Shown here piece after piece: positions 19,777 through 30,570 of a DNA stretch of 64,000 nt. Location: contig JAYOTF010000002.1 of NCBI GenBank assembly GCA_038150265.1, forward strand, positions 17,303 through 81,302, written 5' to 3'. The translations under genes were made by a program, and so were the position numbers. The notes under the pieces are model-generated. The model was given only the letters and a program-made list of their open reading frames with translations. It searched no databases and was not told where the DNA came from. Position 1 is the first letter of the stretch. Each line of letters opens with the position of its first letter. Origin of the DNA: Deltaproteobacteria bacterium (GTDB lineage: Bacteria > SAR324 > NAC60-12).

Positions 19777-20419
19777 GCGGAAGCACTGTTTGTTGAGCTG
19801 TGAACGGGTTGGTTATGCCCCTGACCCTGAGGGCACGTTGGGGTGGGATGTCTTTGAGATGAGCTGGGAGCTGTTTCCGGAGTCCCCGCTTTCGTTGCTG
19901 ACCACCCGGCTGGAGCAGGAGGAGTTAGTATGGCGACTCCTTTTGGGGAAGCTCAAGCCCAAATCCGGAGGCTTTGCCGGAGAGGGACGCCGGTCCTTGC
20001 AGGGCGATCGTGACATCTGGAGCCGGGCGGCTCGAGAAAACAGCCTGGAGGACAACCTGCGCTCTCGGCTCTTTACGGACCGTCCGTGGCTTGAGGCGCG
20101 CCGGGTGGATCACTTGCAGCTCTTCCACCTGCTGGAGCTGTCGGTCCGAGACCGCAAGGCGCCGCTGGGCTTCCTGAAGGAGCCCGCCCGGAGCCGAGCG
20201 CTGCTCTGCCTGGTGCTCTGTGCACGCTTCCGGACGCTGGTGGTCCGGAGCCTTCCGCACTGCGAAGACGACCTGACCCAAACCCTGTTTTGCCGCTGGC
20301 TGGAAACCTTTTCCGGCGGAGTGGTCTTCCTCAATGCCCCGGAGTCCTGGCAACGGAGGTGTGCGCAGCACCTGGTGATTGATTCCAGCGGCACCACCTT
20401 TTCGGTAACCCCACGTTGA
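19775..20419 (+). CDS. degenerate ABC-ATPase-like protein lacking catalytic motifs
   Basis: RLLLGKLKPKSG, SLEDNL and WLETFSGGVVFL resemble an ABC NBD scaffold. Walker A, signature, Walker B and H-loop are absent. 12 bp upstream of dnaG. Confidence 0.55.
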   Translation: MRKHCLLSCERVGYAPDPEGTLGWDVFEMSWELFPESPLSLLTTRLEQEELVWRLLLGKLKPKSGGFAGEGRRSLQGDRDIWSRAARENSLEDNLRSRLFTDRPWLEARRVDHLQLFHLLELSVRDRKAPLGFLKEPARSRALLCLVLCARFRTLVVRSLPHCEDDLTQTLFCRWLETFSGGVVFLNAPESWQRRCAQHLVIDSSGTTFSVTPR

Positions 20420-20431
20420 TGGCTCAAACTC

Positions 20432-22189
20432 ATGCGCTTTGAACGGGAATTCGTCCAGCAGGTCGAAGCAGCCACGGACCTGGTTTCCCTGATTCAGGAT
20501 CATGGTGTCGTTCTGAAAAAGGCCGGGGCCAATTACAAGGGCTGCTGTCCCTTTCACTCGGAAAAGACGCCCTCGTTTAACGTCAACCCCCAGCGGAACT
20601 TTTACCACTGCTTTGGCTGTGGCGTCGGCGGAGGACCGCTCAAGTTCCTCATGGATCACGACCGACTCGGTTTTGTGGAGGCTGTGGAAGACCTGGCCCA
20701 GCGCAGTGGCCTTGCGCTTCCGGAGCGGACCGATGGGCCAAGGCGTCGGCCTGCCGATGATCCGGGCTTGCGAGCCCTGACGCTGGCCGCGTCCTTTTAT
20801 GAAGAGCAGCTGGCCGGTTCTGCCGGGGCAGCCGTGCGGCGCTACCTGGGCGAGCGCATGGTTCCGGAAGCGATGTGGAGTGCCTTTCGGCTGGGATACG
20901 CGCCAGACGACTGGCGGACCCTGCTCCGGCACCTGGAGGGCGCCCAGTGTTCGGAAGACGTGATGCTCCAGGCCGGGCTCATCAAGCAGTCGGAGCGCTC
21001 GGGACGTCCCTACGACCGCTTCCGGAATCGCCTCATGTTTCCAATTCGGGACCTCCGGGGACGGGTCATTGGCTTTGGAGGGCGGGTCTTTGGAGAGGCG
21101 GAGGGGCCCAAGTACCTGAACAGTCCGGAGAGCGATTACTACCACAAGAGTCAGGTGCTGTACGGGCTTTATGAGGGCCTGGAGGTCATCCGGACCAAAC
21201 GCGAGATGATCTTTGTGGAAGGGTACCTCGACGTCATCCGGTTGCATGAGCATGGCATCCAGCAGGCGGTTGCTCCATGTGGAACGGCACTGACCGAGGA
21301 ACACGTGGGGCTGGTGAGCCGCTATGCGGATCGGGTCATCCTGGTGTTTGATGGCGATGACGCCGGACGCAAGGCGGCGCTGAAGAGCTGCGCCCTGTTT
21401 TTGGGAAAGCGCTTGCAGGTGGAGGTGGTCACGCTGCCGCCTCAGGAAGATCCGGACACCCTGCTGCTGCAGGGCGGCGCTCCCGCGTTTGAAGCCGTGG
21501 TGCAGCAGGGGCAGAACCTGGTGGACTTCTGGGTGGAACGGACGCTGGCGAAGCATCCGGAGACGCCGCAGGGAAAGATGCTGGCACTGGAGGAGCTGCT
21601 TGCCGACCTGCAACCGCTTGAGGAGTCGCCCCTGAAGCACCTGCTGCTGCAAAGTGTGGGCGATCGGTTGCGGCTGGACCCGAAATTGTTGGGTGACTCA
21701 GCAAAACGCTTGCAGCGTCCGGTGGAAAATGATATAAAACCCAGTTTATCTGCCACCCCTGCCGTCATCCGGGACGAGTACTGGATTCTCCAGGCAATGC
21801 TAACCGCCAGGCACCTCGCAACCCAAGCACGGGAGCAACTTCAGGCCGATGACTTCCAGGACCCACGATGGAAAAGGCTTTTTTTGCACCTCGTGCAGCT
21901 CTCCGACGACGAGCTTTCCTCTTTTGACCCCATTGATCTTGAACCACTCCACCCCGACCTTAGCCGTGATGCCATGGAACTGCTGGCGGGGGAATTCCTG
22001 GACACTCATGTTGAGGAGCAGTTTCGCCTCTCCTTAGTGCGTTTGAAAGAGCGTGCCCTGCAGCGTCAAAAGGGAAGCCTGACGGCTCCGGATGACTGGG
22101 AACAGCGGCTGCAGAGCGGCATGGCATGGCGTCAGGAATGGCAGCGCGTTCGGCGCTACCGGGAAGAATCCAGAACCTCAAATCCGTAG
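20432..22189 (+). CDS. dnaG: DNA primase
   Basis: [11 protein letters not shown] zinc finger, [32 protein letters not shown]. Confidence 0.97.
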   Translation: MRFEREFVQQVEAATDLVSLIQDHGVVLKKAGANYKGCCPFHSEKTPSFNVNPQRNFYHCFGCGVGGGPLKFLMDHDRLGFVEAVEDLAQRSGLALPERTDGPRRRPADDPGLRALTLAASFYEEQLAGSAGAAVRRYLGERMVPEAMWSAFRLGYAPDDWRTLLRHLEGAQCSEDVMLQAGLIKQSERSGRPYDRFRNRLMFPIRDLRGRVIGFGGRVFGEAEGPKYLNSPESDYYHKSQVLYGLYEGLEVIRTKREMIFVEGYLDVIRLHEHGIQQAVAPCGTALTEEHVGLVSRYADRVILVFDGDDAGRKAALKSCALFLGKRLQVEVVTLPPQEDPDTLLLQGGAPAFEAVVQQGQNLVDFWVERTLAKHPETPQGKMLALEELLADLQPLEESPLKHLLLQSVGDRLRLDPKLLGDSAKRLQRPVENDIKPSLSATPAVIRDEYWILQAMLTARHLATQAREQLQADDFQDPRWKRLFLHLVQLSDDELSSFDPIDLEPLHPDLSRDAMELLAGEFLDTHVEEQFRLSLVRLKERALQRQKGSLTAPDDWEQRLQSGMAWRQEWQRVRRYREESRTSNP

Positions 22190-22194
22190 GGCAC

Positions 22195-23985
22195 ATGTCC
22201 GAGACCTCCGTCCTTCAAGACCTCCCGAAAAACGAATCGAAGCTCATCAAGGAACTGGTGGCCGAAGGCCGCGACAAGGGCTTCCTGACTCACGACGACA
22301 TCAACGGACAACTCCGTGACAACACCTCTCCGGAGCAAATGGAGCGCCTGCTGGCCATTTTGGAAGAGGTGGGCATTGACGTGGTGGACTCGGAGCGGCA
22401 GATTCGTTTGAATTCGGCAGAGCGGGATGTTCCGGACCTGGACCTGGAGGACTACCAGGAGCAGGAGCTGGACCTGGACCCCGGGGTGGACAACTCGACC
22501 GATGACCCGGTGCGGATGTACCTGCGGGAGATGGGGACGATCCAGTTGCTCACACGGGATGGCGAGATCAGTGTGGCCCAGCAGATTGAGCAGGGGCAGC
22601 AGGAACTCATTGAGATCTTTGTCCACTCCAACCTGATCATCCTCTACCTGATGGAGATCAACAAGCGGCTCAAGAGTCAAAAACTCCGGGCCCGGCACGT
22701 GGTGAGTGGGTTGGATGAGGACGACAACGTCATTGAAGATGAAGACGCCGCCACGACCAAGCTCATTGAACAGCTGGACGAGCTGCAAGAAAATTACGAG
22801 AAGGCTCAGAACCTGCAAGAGAAGGCACAGAAGCGCAAGCTGACGGGTCCGCAGGGCAAGCAGCTTCAAGAGGCCGAAGACCGCATTCAGGAGATCATCC
22901 GGACCATCAACTTCAACTCCCGGCAACTGGAGCTGATGTGCCTGGAGATGTTCAAGCACAAGAACCGGATTGACCTCACCCGTCGGCACATCCAGGGCTA
23001 CATCAAGGCGCTCAAGACGCCGGTGGAGGAGTTGGACGCGCTCTTTGAGAACTGGTACCAGGCCAAGGGAACCGAGACCCGAAAAGCGGCCCAGGCGATT
23101 CATCAGCGCACGGGGGCTCCGGTCAACATTGCGAACCGGATTTATGAGAAGCTCAAGGCTGGGGAACGCCGTGTGCAAGCCATGACAGACCGGACGGCGC
23201 TCACCTGGGAGGCCTTCCAGCAGGAAGTGGCCCTGCTCCGGGAAGCAGAGAGCAAGGTCAAACGGGCCAAGGCAGCCCTGGTGGAAGCCAACCTGCGGCT
23301 GGTGATCAGCATCGCCAAGAAGTACACGAACCGCGGCCTGCAGTTCCTGGACCTCATTCAGGAAGGGAACATTGGGCTGATGAAGGCGGTGGACAAGTTC
23401 GAGTACCGGCGCGGCTACAAGTTTTCCACCTACGCCACCTGGTGGATCCGTCAGTCGATCACCCGGGCCATTGCGGACCAGGCTCGGACGATCCGGATTC
23501 CGGTGCACATGATTGAGACGATCAACAAGCTCTCCCGCATGTCCCGGACCCTGATTCAGGAGTACGGACGGGAGCCGACGGCAGATGAAATTTCTGACCA
23601 CATTGGCATGCCCCTGCACAAGGTCCGCAAGGTGCTGAAGATTGCCAAGGAGCCCATCTCGCTGGACACGCCGATTGGAGACGATGACGATTCGCAACTG
23701 AAGGACTTCATTGCGGATGACAAGGCTGGAGACCCGAATGACGCGACCATTTACGCGAACATGGGCGAGAAGACCCGAGAAGCACTGGGCACCCTGACGG
23801 AACGAGAAGAGAAGGTGCTGCGCATGCGATTTGGCATTGACGAGATCAAGGACCACACCCTGGAAGAAGTGGGGCAGGATTTTGATGTCACGCGTGAGCG
23901 GATCCGTCAGATTGAAGCGAAGGCCCTCCGCAAGCTGCGGCACCCTTCGCGCTCGAAGTTGTTACGATCCTTTTATGAAGGTTAA
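22195..23985 (+). CDS. rpoD: RNA polymerase primary sigma factor
   Basis: [58 protein letters not shown]; has region 1.1 and NCR. Confidence 0.98.
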   Translation: MSETSVLQDLPKNESKLIKELVAEGRDKGFLTHDDINGQLRDNTSPEQMERLLAILEEVGIDVVDSERQIRLNSAERDVPDLDLEDYQEQELDLDPGVDNSTDDPVRMYLREMGTIQLLTRDGEISVAQQIEQGQQELIEIFVHSNLIILYLMEINKRLKSQKLRARHVVSGLDEDDNVIEDEDAATTKLIEQLDELQENYEKAQNLQEKAQKRKLTGPQGKQLQEAEDRIQEIIRTINFNSRQLELMCLEMFKHKNRIDLTRRHIQGYIKALKTPVEELDALFENWYQAKGTETRKAAQAIHQRTGAPVNIANRIYEKLKAGERRVQAMTDRTALTWEAFQQEVALLREAESKVKRAKAALVEANLRLVISIAKKYTNRGLQFLDLIQEGNIGLMKAVDKFEYRRGYKFSTYATWWIRQSITRAIADQARTIRIPVHMIETINKLSRMSRTLIQEYGREPTADEISDHIGMPLHKVRKVLKIAKEPISLDTPIGDDDDSQLKDFIADDKAGDPNDATIYANMGEKTREALGTLTEREEKVLRMRFGIDEIKDHTLEEVGQDFDVTRERIRQIEAKALRKLRHPSRSKLLRSFYEG

Positions 23986-23996
23986 CCCCTGAGGAG

Positions 23997-26885
23997 TTGT
24001 TTGTGAGTTCCATGCTGTCGACTGGAAGCCGCCTCTTCCTGCTTGCGTTCTTGCTCTGGTTCCTGGTTCCTGCAGGCTTGCAGGCCCAGACAAACGAGGT
24101 GCGCAAGGTTGAGCTGATCCGTCGCGGCAAGCAGATGAGCGTGCAGATCCTGACCGCTCAGCCTGCAGACTTTACCATCACCGAGAACCTCAAGTCCCTG
24201 ACGTTGGTGGTGAAGTTCCGGAACACGCGTCCGAACTTCCCCGATGGCAGCAACATCCGCCTCTTCAACGATGAGCAGGTCGAGGGGGTGCAGTTTCTGG
24301 AGATTGGCTCGGAAACCTGGGCCCAGTTCAAGCTCCGGACCGATGAACTGACCTACGAGCAGCGCTCAACCGACAACCCCAATCTGCTGGAGATCGCCTT
24401 TCGGCCTCCGGTGGAGATGGAGCCCCTCCCGGAAATTTCCGAAGACGCCCAGTACACCCTCCAGCGCATCCGTCATGACAACACAACCACCGACCGGACG
24501 CGCCTGATCTTCCAGTTTGACGAACTGCCTCGGCTGATGGCCCAGCCGGAACGCAACGGCACAGTGGTCAACCTACGCTTTCCGGACACGTTGCCAGTGG
24601 CAGGGCTGGACGCCTTTGCCTTTGGTGATGACCGTGTGAGCTTTGAGGGGCTGCAGGTGGACATCAACCAGATCTTTGTCCGCATGGAACTGCTGGGGGC
24701 CAATGGTCGTGTGGAAACGCAGCGCCTGCAGAGCCCACCTCGGTGGCAGGTCGACGTCTTTGGTGAGGTGCAGGGGCAATCCCAAGACGCGGTTGCCGAC
24801 CTGCTGGAAGGGAATGACAACCTGACCGATGAGGAGCGGTTTCAGCAGCGGGTGGACCGCATTGAGCGCAAGAACCGAGAAACGCGCCTCCGGAATTCCT
24901 ACCAGGTTGCGGAGCGGGGCTTCCGTCGCAACAACTACCAGGAAGCCATCCAGGGCTTCGAGGACGTCTACAAGCAGGCTCGGGTCAATGCCGCCGATTT
25001 TGAAGACGACATTCCCTCCATTGCGGTGCAGGCGCTCTTCCGGAAAGCCGACACGCTCTACACGATGCTGGAGCGCCGGCGAGGACGGAACTACCACACG
25101 GCCATTGACTCCTACAAGCTGGCGATGCGCATCGCCGAGGAGACCAACACGCGTGATGACCTGATGGCGCATGCCCTCTTCCGGGTCGCCCGCAGTTACC
25201 AGAAGATGGGCTTCAACGAAGAAGCGACGCTCTACTTCGACATGCTCCGCGACCGCTACCCTACGGCGATGGAGACCATTGAGTCGAACTTCTGGAAAGC
25301 CGTCAGCCAGGCGGACCGTCAGAACTGGGAAGAGGCCATCACGAACTTCAACAACTACCTGCAGGCGTCTCCGAATCCGAAGTACCTGGCTGCCGCCACC
25401 TACAAGCTGGCGCAGGCGAACTATCAGCTGGAGCGCTTCATCACGGCCCGTGAGTACTTTGACCAGGCCCGCGAGCTGGATCCGGACTACCCGCTGGGGC
25501 ACCCCATGCTGCTCTTCCACATGGGCGAGACCTACTACGAAAATGCGGACTACGTCACGGCCCGCGAGACCTTCAAGACGCTGCTGCGGCGTTATCCCAA
25601 GGCGGACTTTACCAAGTTTGTGGCCCTGCGGCTCGGAGACTTCCTCCGGGATGAAGGCAAGGAAGATGATGCCATTGCGGCTTACCGGAATGCCATTGGA
25701 AGTTACACCCGAGAGATTGCAATCCTCGGCAAGCTCCGCATTGCCAACCTGCAGTCCATGCGTCCTTACGGAGGTGAGCACCTGGAGGCGATCAAGGTCT
25801 ATGACGAAATCATGGAGCTGTATCCGGATGCGCCACAGGTGGAAGAGGCGATGCTCCGGAAGGGGCTGACCCTGACGCTTTATGGGGACTACGAGGCCGC
25901 AATTGCTGCGCTGGAAGCCTTCATGCAGAAGTACCCGCAGAGCCTCTATGTGCAGCGTGGGGTCATTCAGGAGAACATTGACGAGAACCTCAAGGGCCTG
26001 ATTGACCGCTACTATCAGCAGCAGGATGACCTGGCGCTGGTGGCGTCTTACCGCGACTACCAAGCCAAGTACCTCCTCAACTTCCGTTTCGTCTCCACCC
26101 TCTTTCAGGTGGCCAATGCGCACAAGAACCTGGGGCTGCACGATGACGCCCTGGACCTCCTGAAGTTTCTGGAAAGCCGAGCCCGTGGCACCATGCTGGA
26201 GCTGATTCGCCTGCAGATGGCCCAGACGCTTCTGGACAAGGGCAGTTTGCCGCAAGCTCGAGATCAGTACGCCCGCTTCCTCCAGCAGTATCCGGACAGC
26301 TCGTATGATGCTGCTGCACGGATGGATCTGGCCGAGGTGTACCGGCAGGAGCGGGAGTTTGACAAGGCGGAGTTGGTGCTGAACCAGGCCATTGAGAAGT
26401 ATGATCAGGATGAGGACCAGCTCAAGGCCGAGGTCACCCCTGAGCTGTACTACCGCCTGGGGCAGCTTTATGAGGAGATGGGACGTTACGCAGAAGCCGG
26501 CAACGCCTACCGCAACGCCATCCGCTCTTACAGCCATCCGGTCAATGCGCCCGATACTCCGGATTACGTGGTGAAGAGCCACTTCCTGGCAGCGGACATG
26601 CTCGCCAAGGTGGGAGAAGACGAGGCGGCTCTGGCGCAGTATGAGCTGGCCATGGCCACCTATGCCGACCAAACGGATCCGGATACCAAGGACCGGCTCA
26701 AGTGGGCGCTTTATCAATCCGGGACCCTGATGGCCCGGCTTGGGCAAGAACAGCAGGCGCTTGATGTCTTCAAGCAGCTGATTGATGATCCGGAAGGACA
26801 GGGGCAGCTCTGGCAGCGGTTGGCGAATGAGCAGTACCAGGCGCTCTCGCGGCAGCTTTCCTTCCAGAACTACCTGCAGCAGTAA
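23997..26885 (+). CDS. exported protein with N-terminal AMIN-like beta domains and long TPR solenoid
   Basis: Signal peptide ending AGLQAQ; TRLIFQF and PPRWQVDV AMIN-like segments; many TPR units (..YP.S.., A.YKLA). Confidence 0.8.
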   Translation: MFVSSMLSTGSRLFLLAFLLWFLVPAGLQAQTNEVRKVELIRRGKQMSVQILTAQPADFTITENLKSLTLVVKFRNTRPNFPDGSNIRLFNDEQVEGVQFLEIGSETWAQFKLRTDELTYEQRSTDNPNLLEIAFRPPVEMEPLPEISEDAQYTLQRIRHDNTTTDRTRLIFQFDELPRLMAQPERNGTVVNLRFPDTLPVAGLDAFAFGDDRVSFEGLQVDINQIFVRMELLGANGRVETQRLQSPPRWQVDVFGEVQGQSQDAVADLLEGNDNLTDEERFQQRVDRIERKNRETRLRNSYQVAERGFRRNNYQEAIQGFEDVYKQARVNAADFEDDIPSIAVQALFRKADTLYTMLERRRGRNYHTAIDSYKLAMRIAEETNTRDDLMAHALFRVARSYQKMGFNEEATLYFDMLRDRYPTAMETIESNFWKAVSQADRQNWEEAITNFNNYLQASPNPKYLAAATYKLAQANYQLERFITAREYFDQARELDPDYPLGHPMLLFHMGETYYENADYVTARETFKTLLRRYPKADFTKFVALRLGDFLRDEGKEDDAIAAYRNAIGSYTREIAILGKLRIANLQSMRPYGGEHLEAIKVYDEIMELYPDAPQVEEAMLRKGLTLTLYGDYEAAIAALEAFMQKYPQSLYVQRGVIQENIDENLKGLIDRYYQQQDDLALVASYRDYQAKYLLNFRFVSTLFQVANAHKNLGLHDDALDLLKFLESRARGTMLELIRLQMAQTLLDKGSLPQARDQYARFLQQYPDSSYDAAARMDLAEVYRQEREFDKAELVLNQAIEKYDQDEDQLKAEVTPELYYRLGQLYEEMGRYAEAGNAYRNAIRSYSHPVNAPDTPDYVVKSHFLAADMLAKVGEDEAALAQYELAMATYADQTDPDTKDRLKWALYQSGTLMARLGQEQQALDVFKQLIDDPEGQGQLWQRLANEQYQALSRQLSFQNYLQQ

Positions 26886-26894
26886 AAAAACTGC

Positions 26895-26922
26895 TTGAAA
26901 CTCACTGAGAAGCCGACATAAT
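26895..26922 (+). promoter_or_regulatory. sigma70-type promoter for tRNA-Gln
   Basis: TTGAAA-N16-CATAAT, 14 nt before the mature tRNA. Confidence 0.6.
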
Positions 26923-26936
26923 AGTGAGTTCCTTGC

Positions 26937-27011
26937 TGGGGTGTAGCCAAGTGGTAAGGCAGCGGGTTTTGATCCCGTCATTCGTAGGTTCGATCCCTAC
27001 CACCCCAGCCA
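26937..27011 (+). tRNA. tRNA-Gln(TTG)
   Basis: TGGGGTGTAGCCAAGTGGTAAGGC-AGCGGGTT TTG ATCCCGT-...GGTTCGATCCCTAC-CACCCCAGCCA; 75 nt. Confidence 0.97.
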
Positions 27012-27451
27012 CTCCTCTCCTAGAAAATCCCCTTTTACATCAGTAATTCCCTGCGTTTTTGAGGACTCCTCAAAGGCCGAGACTTCTGCTGTCTGTAGGA
27101 TCCCCAACCGCCTGCAAAAGCCTCCCCCGCTTCAGCTCCGAGCTCCTGCTTCTCCTGCTTCCATGAGGCCTCCTGTGGCCAAACCGCGAGCAGGCGCTCC
27201 CGAGCTGGTCTTGGGTTGGGAGGTCCTTCCGGGGGCTTCTGCCCAATCGGTCACCGGTCACGGGTGCAGTCAGCCGTTGATTCGGGAGAACGCGCTCTCA
27301 GGTCCGTTCTGCTGAAGGCGTGGTGGAGCACCATTGGTGCCGATTGAGGTGCAGCTCATGGTGCTGCAGAGGGGGGGGCCGGCGCGGCAATGCGGTCATC
27401 GGGAAGGAAGGCATCAGGAGCCCTCCGCAAGGGGGAACGCTCCTGTGCCAG

Positions 27452-27480
27452 AAAAGCGGACCCGTCCGGGCAGGACGGGT
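27452..27480 (-). terminator. possible intrinsic terminator of the PhoX-like gene
   Basis: 8-bp stem ACCCGTCC/GGACGGGT just after the stop codon, with a short, displaced U-run on the minus strand. Confidence 0.4.
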
Positions 27481-27488
27481 GAGGGAAC

Positions 27489-29597
27489 TTAGCGGGTGGT
27501 CACCTGTTCTCGACGCTCCGACGGGAGGGCACCGAGCAGGGCTTTCCCGGGAATCCGGAGGTTGAACATGAACAGCTGGCCCCCTTGATCCGATTGGGTT
27601 TCCTGGATGGCCCCGCCGGATTCACCCTTGTGCTGAACGACCCCAATCATGGTGACCTGATTCAGCGGCAGGGAACTGTTGACCTTCTGCTCGCCGGTGC
27701 CGGCCAGCTCAGCCTGGGTGTAGAATTCGCCATTGGCCTTGCGAGCCACAAGGGCCGTGACGTTCCAGGAGCCGGAAAACTCGGTGGCTGTGGCCTTGGA
27801 GAAGGCTCCGGGGTAGGCGGCGACGCCCTGGAGCGCCCGTGGGTTTTCCTTACCTCCAGCCATGGCAAGGAAGTAGCCCTTGCCCGCTTCCGTGAGCTCC
27901 ATCGTGTTCGGATCAAGCATCAGGGCGTACTTGCGCTCACCCAGAGCATTGCCGGAGTCTTCATCCACGATGAGGACGTCAGCGTCAGAGCTCTTCACCC
28001 ACATCAAGCCGTCCGGCGCGACCATTTTGGCCTGACCATCTTGCCAGGTCGCCGCCGTGCCGTTGCCGCCGTGCTTGATGCCCTTGTTGGCGGTGTCCAG
28101 GGTGAGGGCTCCATCCACGGCAGCGACCACACGCGTCACGTCTGCAGAGACCAGCGCAGGGAGGTCGCCATTGGCACGAGTGACCTGATTGACAAAATCG
28201 GTCAGCTCCACAGCCAGCACGCCACCTTTGTTGGTCATGTTCTGCACGTAACGCTGCTTGGTGATGTCCGGATCCACCGCCGGGTGCTCCGTCTTGGAAT
28301 CTCCCACAAAGTAGGTATGCCCTGCAGGCTGCTCATTGGCCATCTGCCAGCGGAGGATTTCGGTATTTCCAACGGAAACCGGATTCTCCCAGCCCTTCCA
28401 CTGGTAGCTGGTTGGGACAAACTTCACCTGGAAGCGATCAGGGGCAATGGCGTTCATCAGGTAGTCATCGAGCATCTTTTCGGAGGTGTCGATGGAGTCA
28501 ATGCCCAGCTTGGCAAAATCCGAGTTGGCGAGGGCCATGCCGTAGATCTTGCCGTAGAGCAGACCATTACGGGCCAGGAACTTGTCGCGCTCGGATGCGG
28601 AGCCATTCGGGTCAACGACCTGGTTGTTCTGATCCACCCCCTTCTTCCCGACGTAGATGCGAAGCGGAGCCGGCTCGATGTCGTGGTTGTAGCCGGCGAG
28701 GACCATCACGACGTAGTCCGGATGCATCGGGTTGATCGGCATGATCTTTTCGTAGCCCGACTGTCCCAGAGCCGGGACGGCATAGGCGGTTTCGTTGGCA
28801 ATGTCGACCACGACGGAAGCCAGGCCCATGGTGTCGTTGGTGTCAATGCCAGTGCCCTCAAACATGTCCTGAATGTTCCACTCTTCTGCGGCAATCCAGA
28901 CATCATCAGCGAGGCCAATGCCCTGGCCGTACTTGTTGGCCTTCTCATAGTAGGCGCCGCAGAAGGACTGGAAGAAGAAGTCAGCCTGAGAGAGCTGCAT
29001 CTGCGGAGCAAACTCAACGACCTGACCGGTGGGGAGGGTCTGGTTGCCCCACTTGCCGCCCTGACTTTTGGGGCGGACGACCTCTCCAAACTGGTTGTAG
29101 ATGGTCGAGAAGAGGTGTCCGGAGCCTTCCACCATGGAGCTGGCAGGGTTCTGGTTGTCCAGGAAGCTGGCGAACTGGGCCCGGTTGTAGTCGATGGTGT
29201 GAATGTGAGAGCCCGTGAAGGTGACGCCGCTCTTCATCTTCCAGGGGTAGGTTTCGTTGCTCATGGTGGCATACGATTCCGACTGGTACACGACGCGGAC
29301 GGTATCTTCATCAAGGAGCCACGCCGCGTTGCCGTCCGGATAGCCGGTGAGGGCCTGACCGGTCGTTTTGTCGACTTCTCCCATGGTGGCCAGCGGTTTC
29401 ATGTTCCCAATGTACGGGAACGCCGTGTCGCCACTCATGCCGTCGAGCAGTTCACTGGCCTCATCGGAAGTGCTGGCTTCTGCAATGAGCGCAGTGACTT
29501 CGCCAATTGTTTTCAGGTCAGCGGCCCAGGCCACACTGGTGGCGCTCAAAAAGAGCGCCGTGCTGTAAGCCAGCTTCAATGGGGTCTTCACTTTCAT
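27489..29597 (-). CDS. exported PhoX-like / atypical alkaline phosphatase candidate
   Basis: Sec signal MKVK...SVAWA. Motifs GYPDG, GYEK, APDGL.W....LIVDEDSG and TEFSG resemble PhoX metal-binding segments. Confidence 0.55.
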   Translation of the reverse strand: MKVKTPLKLAYSTALFLSATSVAWAADLKTIGEVTALIAEASTSDEASELLDGMSGDTAFPYIGNMKPLATMGEVDKTTGQALTGYPDGNAAWLLDEDTVRVVYQSESYATMSNETYPWKMKSGVTFTGSHIHTIDYNRAQFASFLDNQNPASSMVEGSGHLFSTIYNQFGEVVRPKSQGGKWGNQTLPTGQVVEFAPQMQLSQADFFFQSFCGAYYEKANKYGQGIGLADDVWIAAEEWNIQDMFEGTGIDTNDTMGLASVVVDIANETAYAVPALGQSGYEKIMPINPMHPDYVVMVLAGYNHDIEPAPLRIYVGKKGVDQNNQVVDPNGSASERDKFLARNGLLYGKIYGMALANSDFAKLGIDSIDTSEKMLDDYLMNAIAPDRFQVKFVPTSYQWKGWENPVSVGNTEILRWQMANEQPAGHTYFVGDSKTEHPAVDPDITKQRYVQNMTNKGGVLAVELTDFVNQVTRANGDLPALVSADVTRVVAAVDGALTLDTANKGIKHGGNGTAATWQDGQAKMVAPDGLMWVKSSDADVLIVDEDSGNALGERKYALMLDPNTMELTEAGKGYFLAMAGGKENPRALQGVAAYPGAFSKATATEFSGSWNVTALVARKANGEFYTQAELAGTGEQKVNSSLPLNQVTMIGVVQHKGESGGAIQETQSDQGGQLFMFNLRIPGKALLGALPSERREQVTTR

Positions 29598-29841
29598 AGA
29601 AATCTCATCAGACAAATTACAGATCGGCCCTTGTTTGGCACAGCGACCAAGGCAGGGCTTTGATGCTTCACCGCGAAGCACTCAAAACCATAAGCGGCAG
29701 ATGTCAGAAATTGATGAGCCTTGTTTTCAGATTGGGTCTGAAGGGGATGCGGAAGAAGGGAGCCCACCTGGCGAGGAACAGGAGGGCGAGTCGCCTGGAG
29801 CCGGCAGGTGGCCCACCTGGTTCAGACGGGCCGGAGGGGGC

Positions 29842-30492
29842 TTATTCGGTCAGCTCGAAGAATGCAGGAAGCTGGCTGTACACGCTGGCGTCTCCCCCCT
29901 TGAAGTTCAGCGAGACGGAGTCCCGGCGTTTCAGGGTTTCCTCAAAGCGCAGGTAGGGCTTGCTGTCCACAAAGATCGCTGTGGCTGCAACCTGAAGAGA
30001 CTTCCGGGAGTCACTGATGACACGGAAGATGAGGTCTTCAGCCGGCAGGTCCATGCTCAGCATGAAGTTGATGGACCGGAGTTCCTTGTTGAGCTGGTCC
30101 AGAGCCGAGTCGTTGGGCACCAGTTGGACGCGGGTGCCGTCGGCCTGCAGGGCAGCGAGGAAGGTGTGGTTCTGCTGATACGCAGCCAGGGTTTCAGCCG
30201 TCCCGAATGGAATGGTGGTCCGGACGACCATCAGCTTGCCGATCAGGTCGTCCAGGATCTCGATTTCCGACTCTTCCGGAAGGTACTTCTGGGCAATGGT
30301 CCGGGCCTCAGCCAACTGGCCGTCCTTGTCGTCACCCAACAGCTTGAAGCTCGCTTTAACGGGCACCATCAGCTGTTCCTGCTGACGGACCGCTTCCAGG
30401 TCACTGGTGTAGACTTCGATTTCCAACTCGTCGGGTTTGCATCCGGACAGCAGGAGCAGGCCGGGGATCAGGAGTAGAAACAGGTACTTCAT
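29842..30492 (-). CDS. hypothetical lipoprotein
   Basis: Lipobox LLSGC; RBS upstream. Confidence 0.75.
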   Translation of the reverse strand: MKYLFLLLIPGLLLLSGCKPDELEIEVYTSDLEAVRQQEQLMVPVKASFKLLGDDKDGQLAEARTIAQKYLPEESEIEILDDLIGKLMVVRTTIPFGTAETLAAYQQNHTFLAALQADGTRVQLVPNDSALDQLNKELRSINFMLSMDLPAEDLIFRVISDSRKSLQVAATAIFVDSKPYLRFEETLKRRDSVSLNFKGGDASVYSQLPAFFELTE

Positions 30493-30570
30493 GGAGACTC
30501 ACTCGGAAATGCGGCGGGGGAATGAAGGGGAGGGACTCGGAGGCAGAGGGGCCTCCGAGCCGAGAGGTGC

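Noticed and set aside
29600..29740. Full Pho box upstream of the PhoX-like gene
   Set aside because: Only isolated half sites are present, and the spacing is not a clean multiple of 11 bp.
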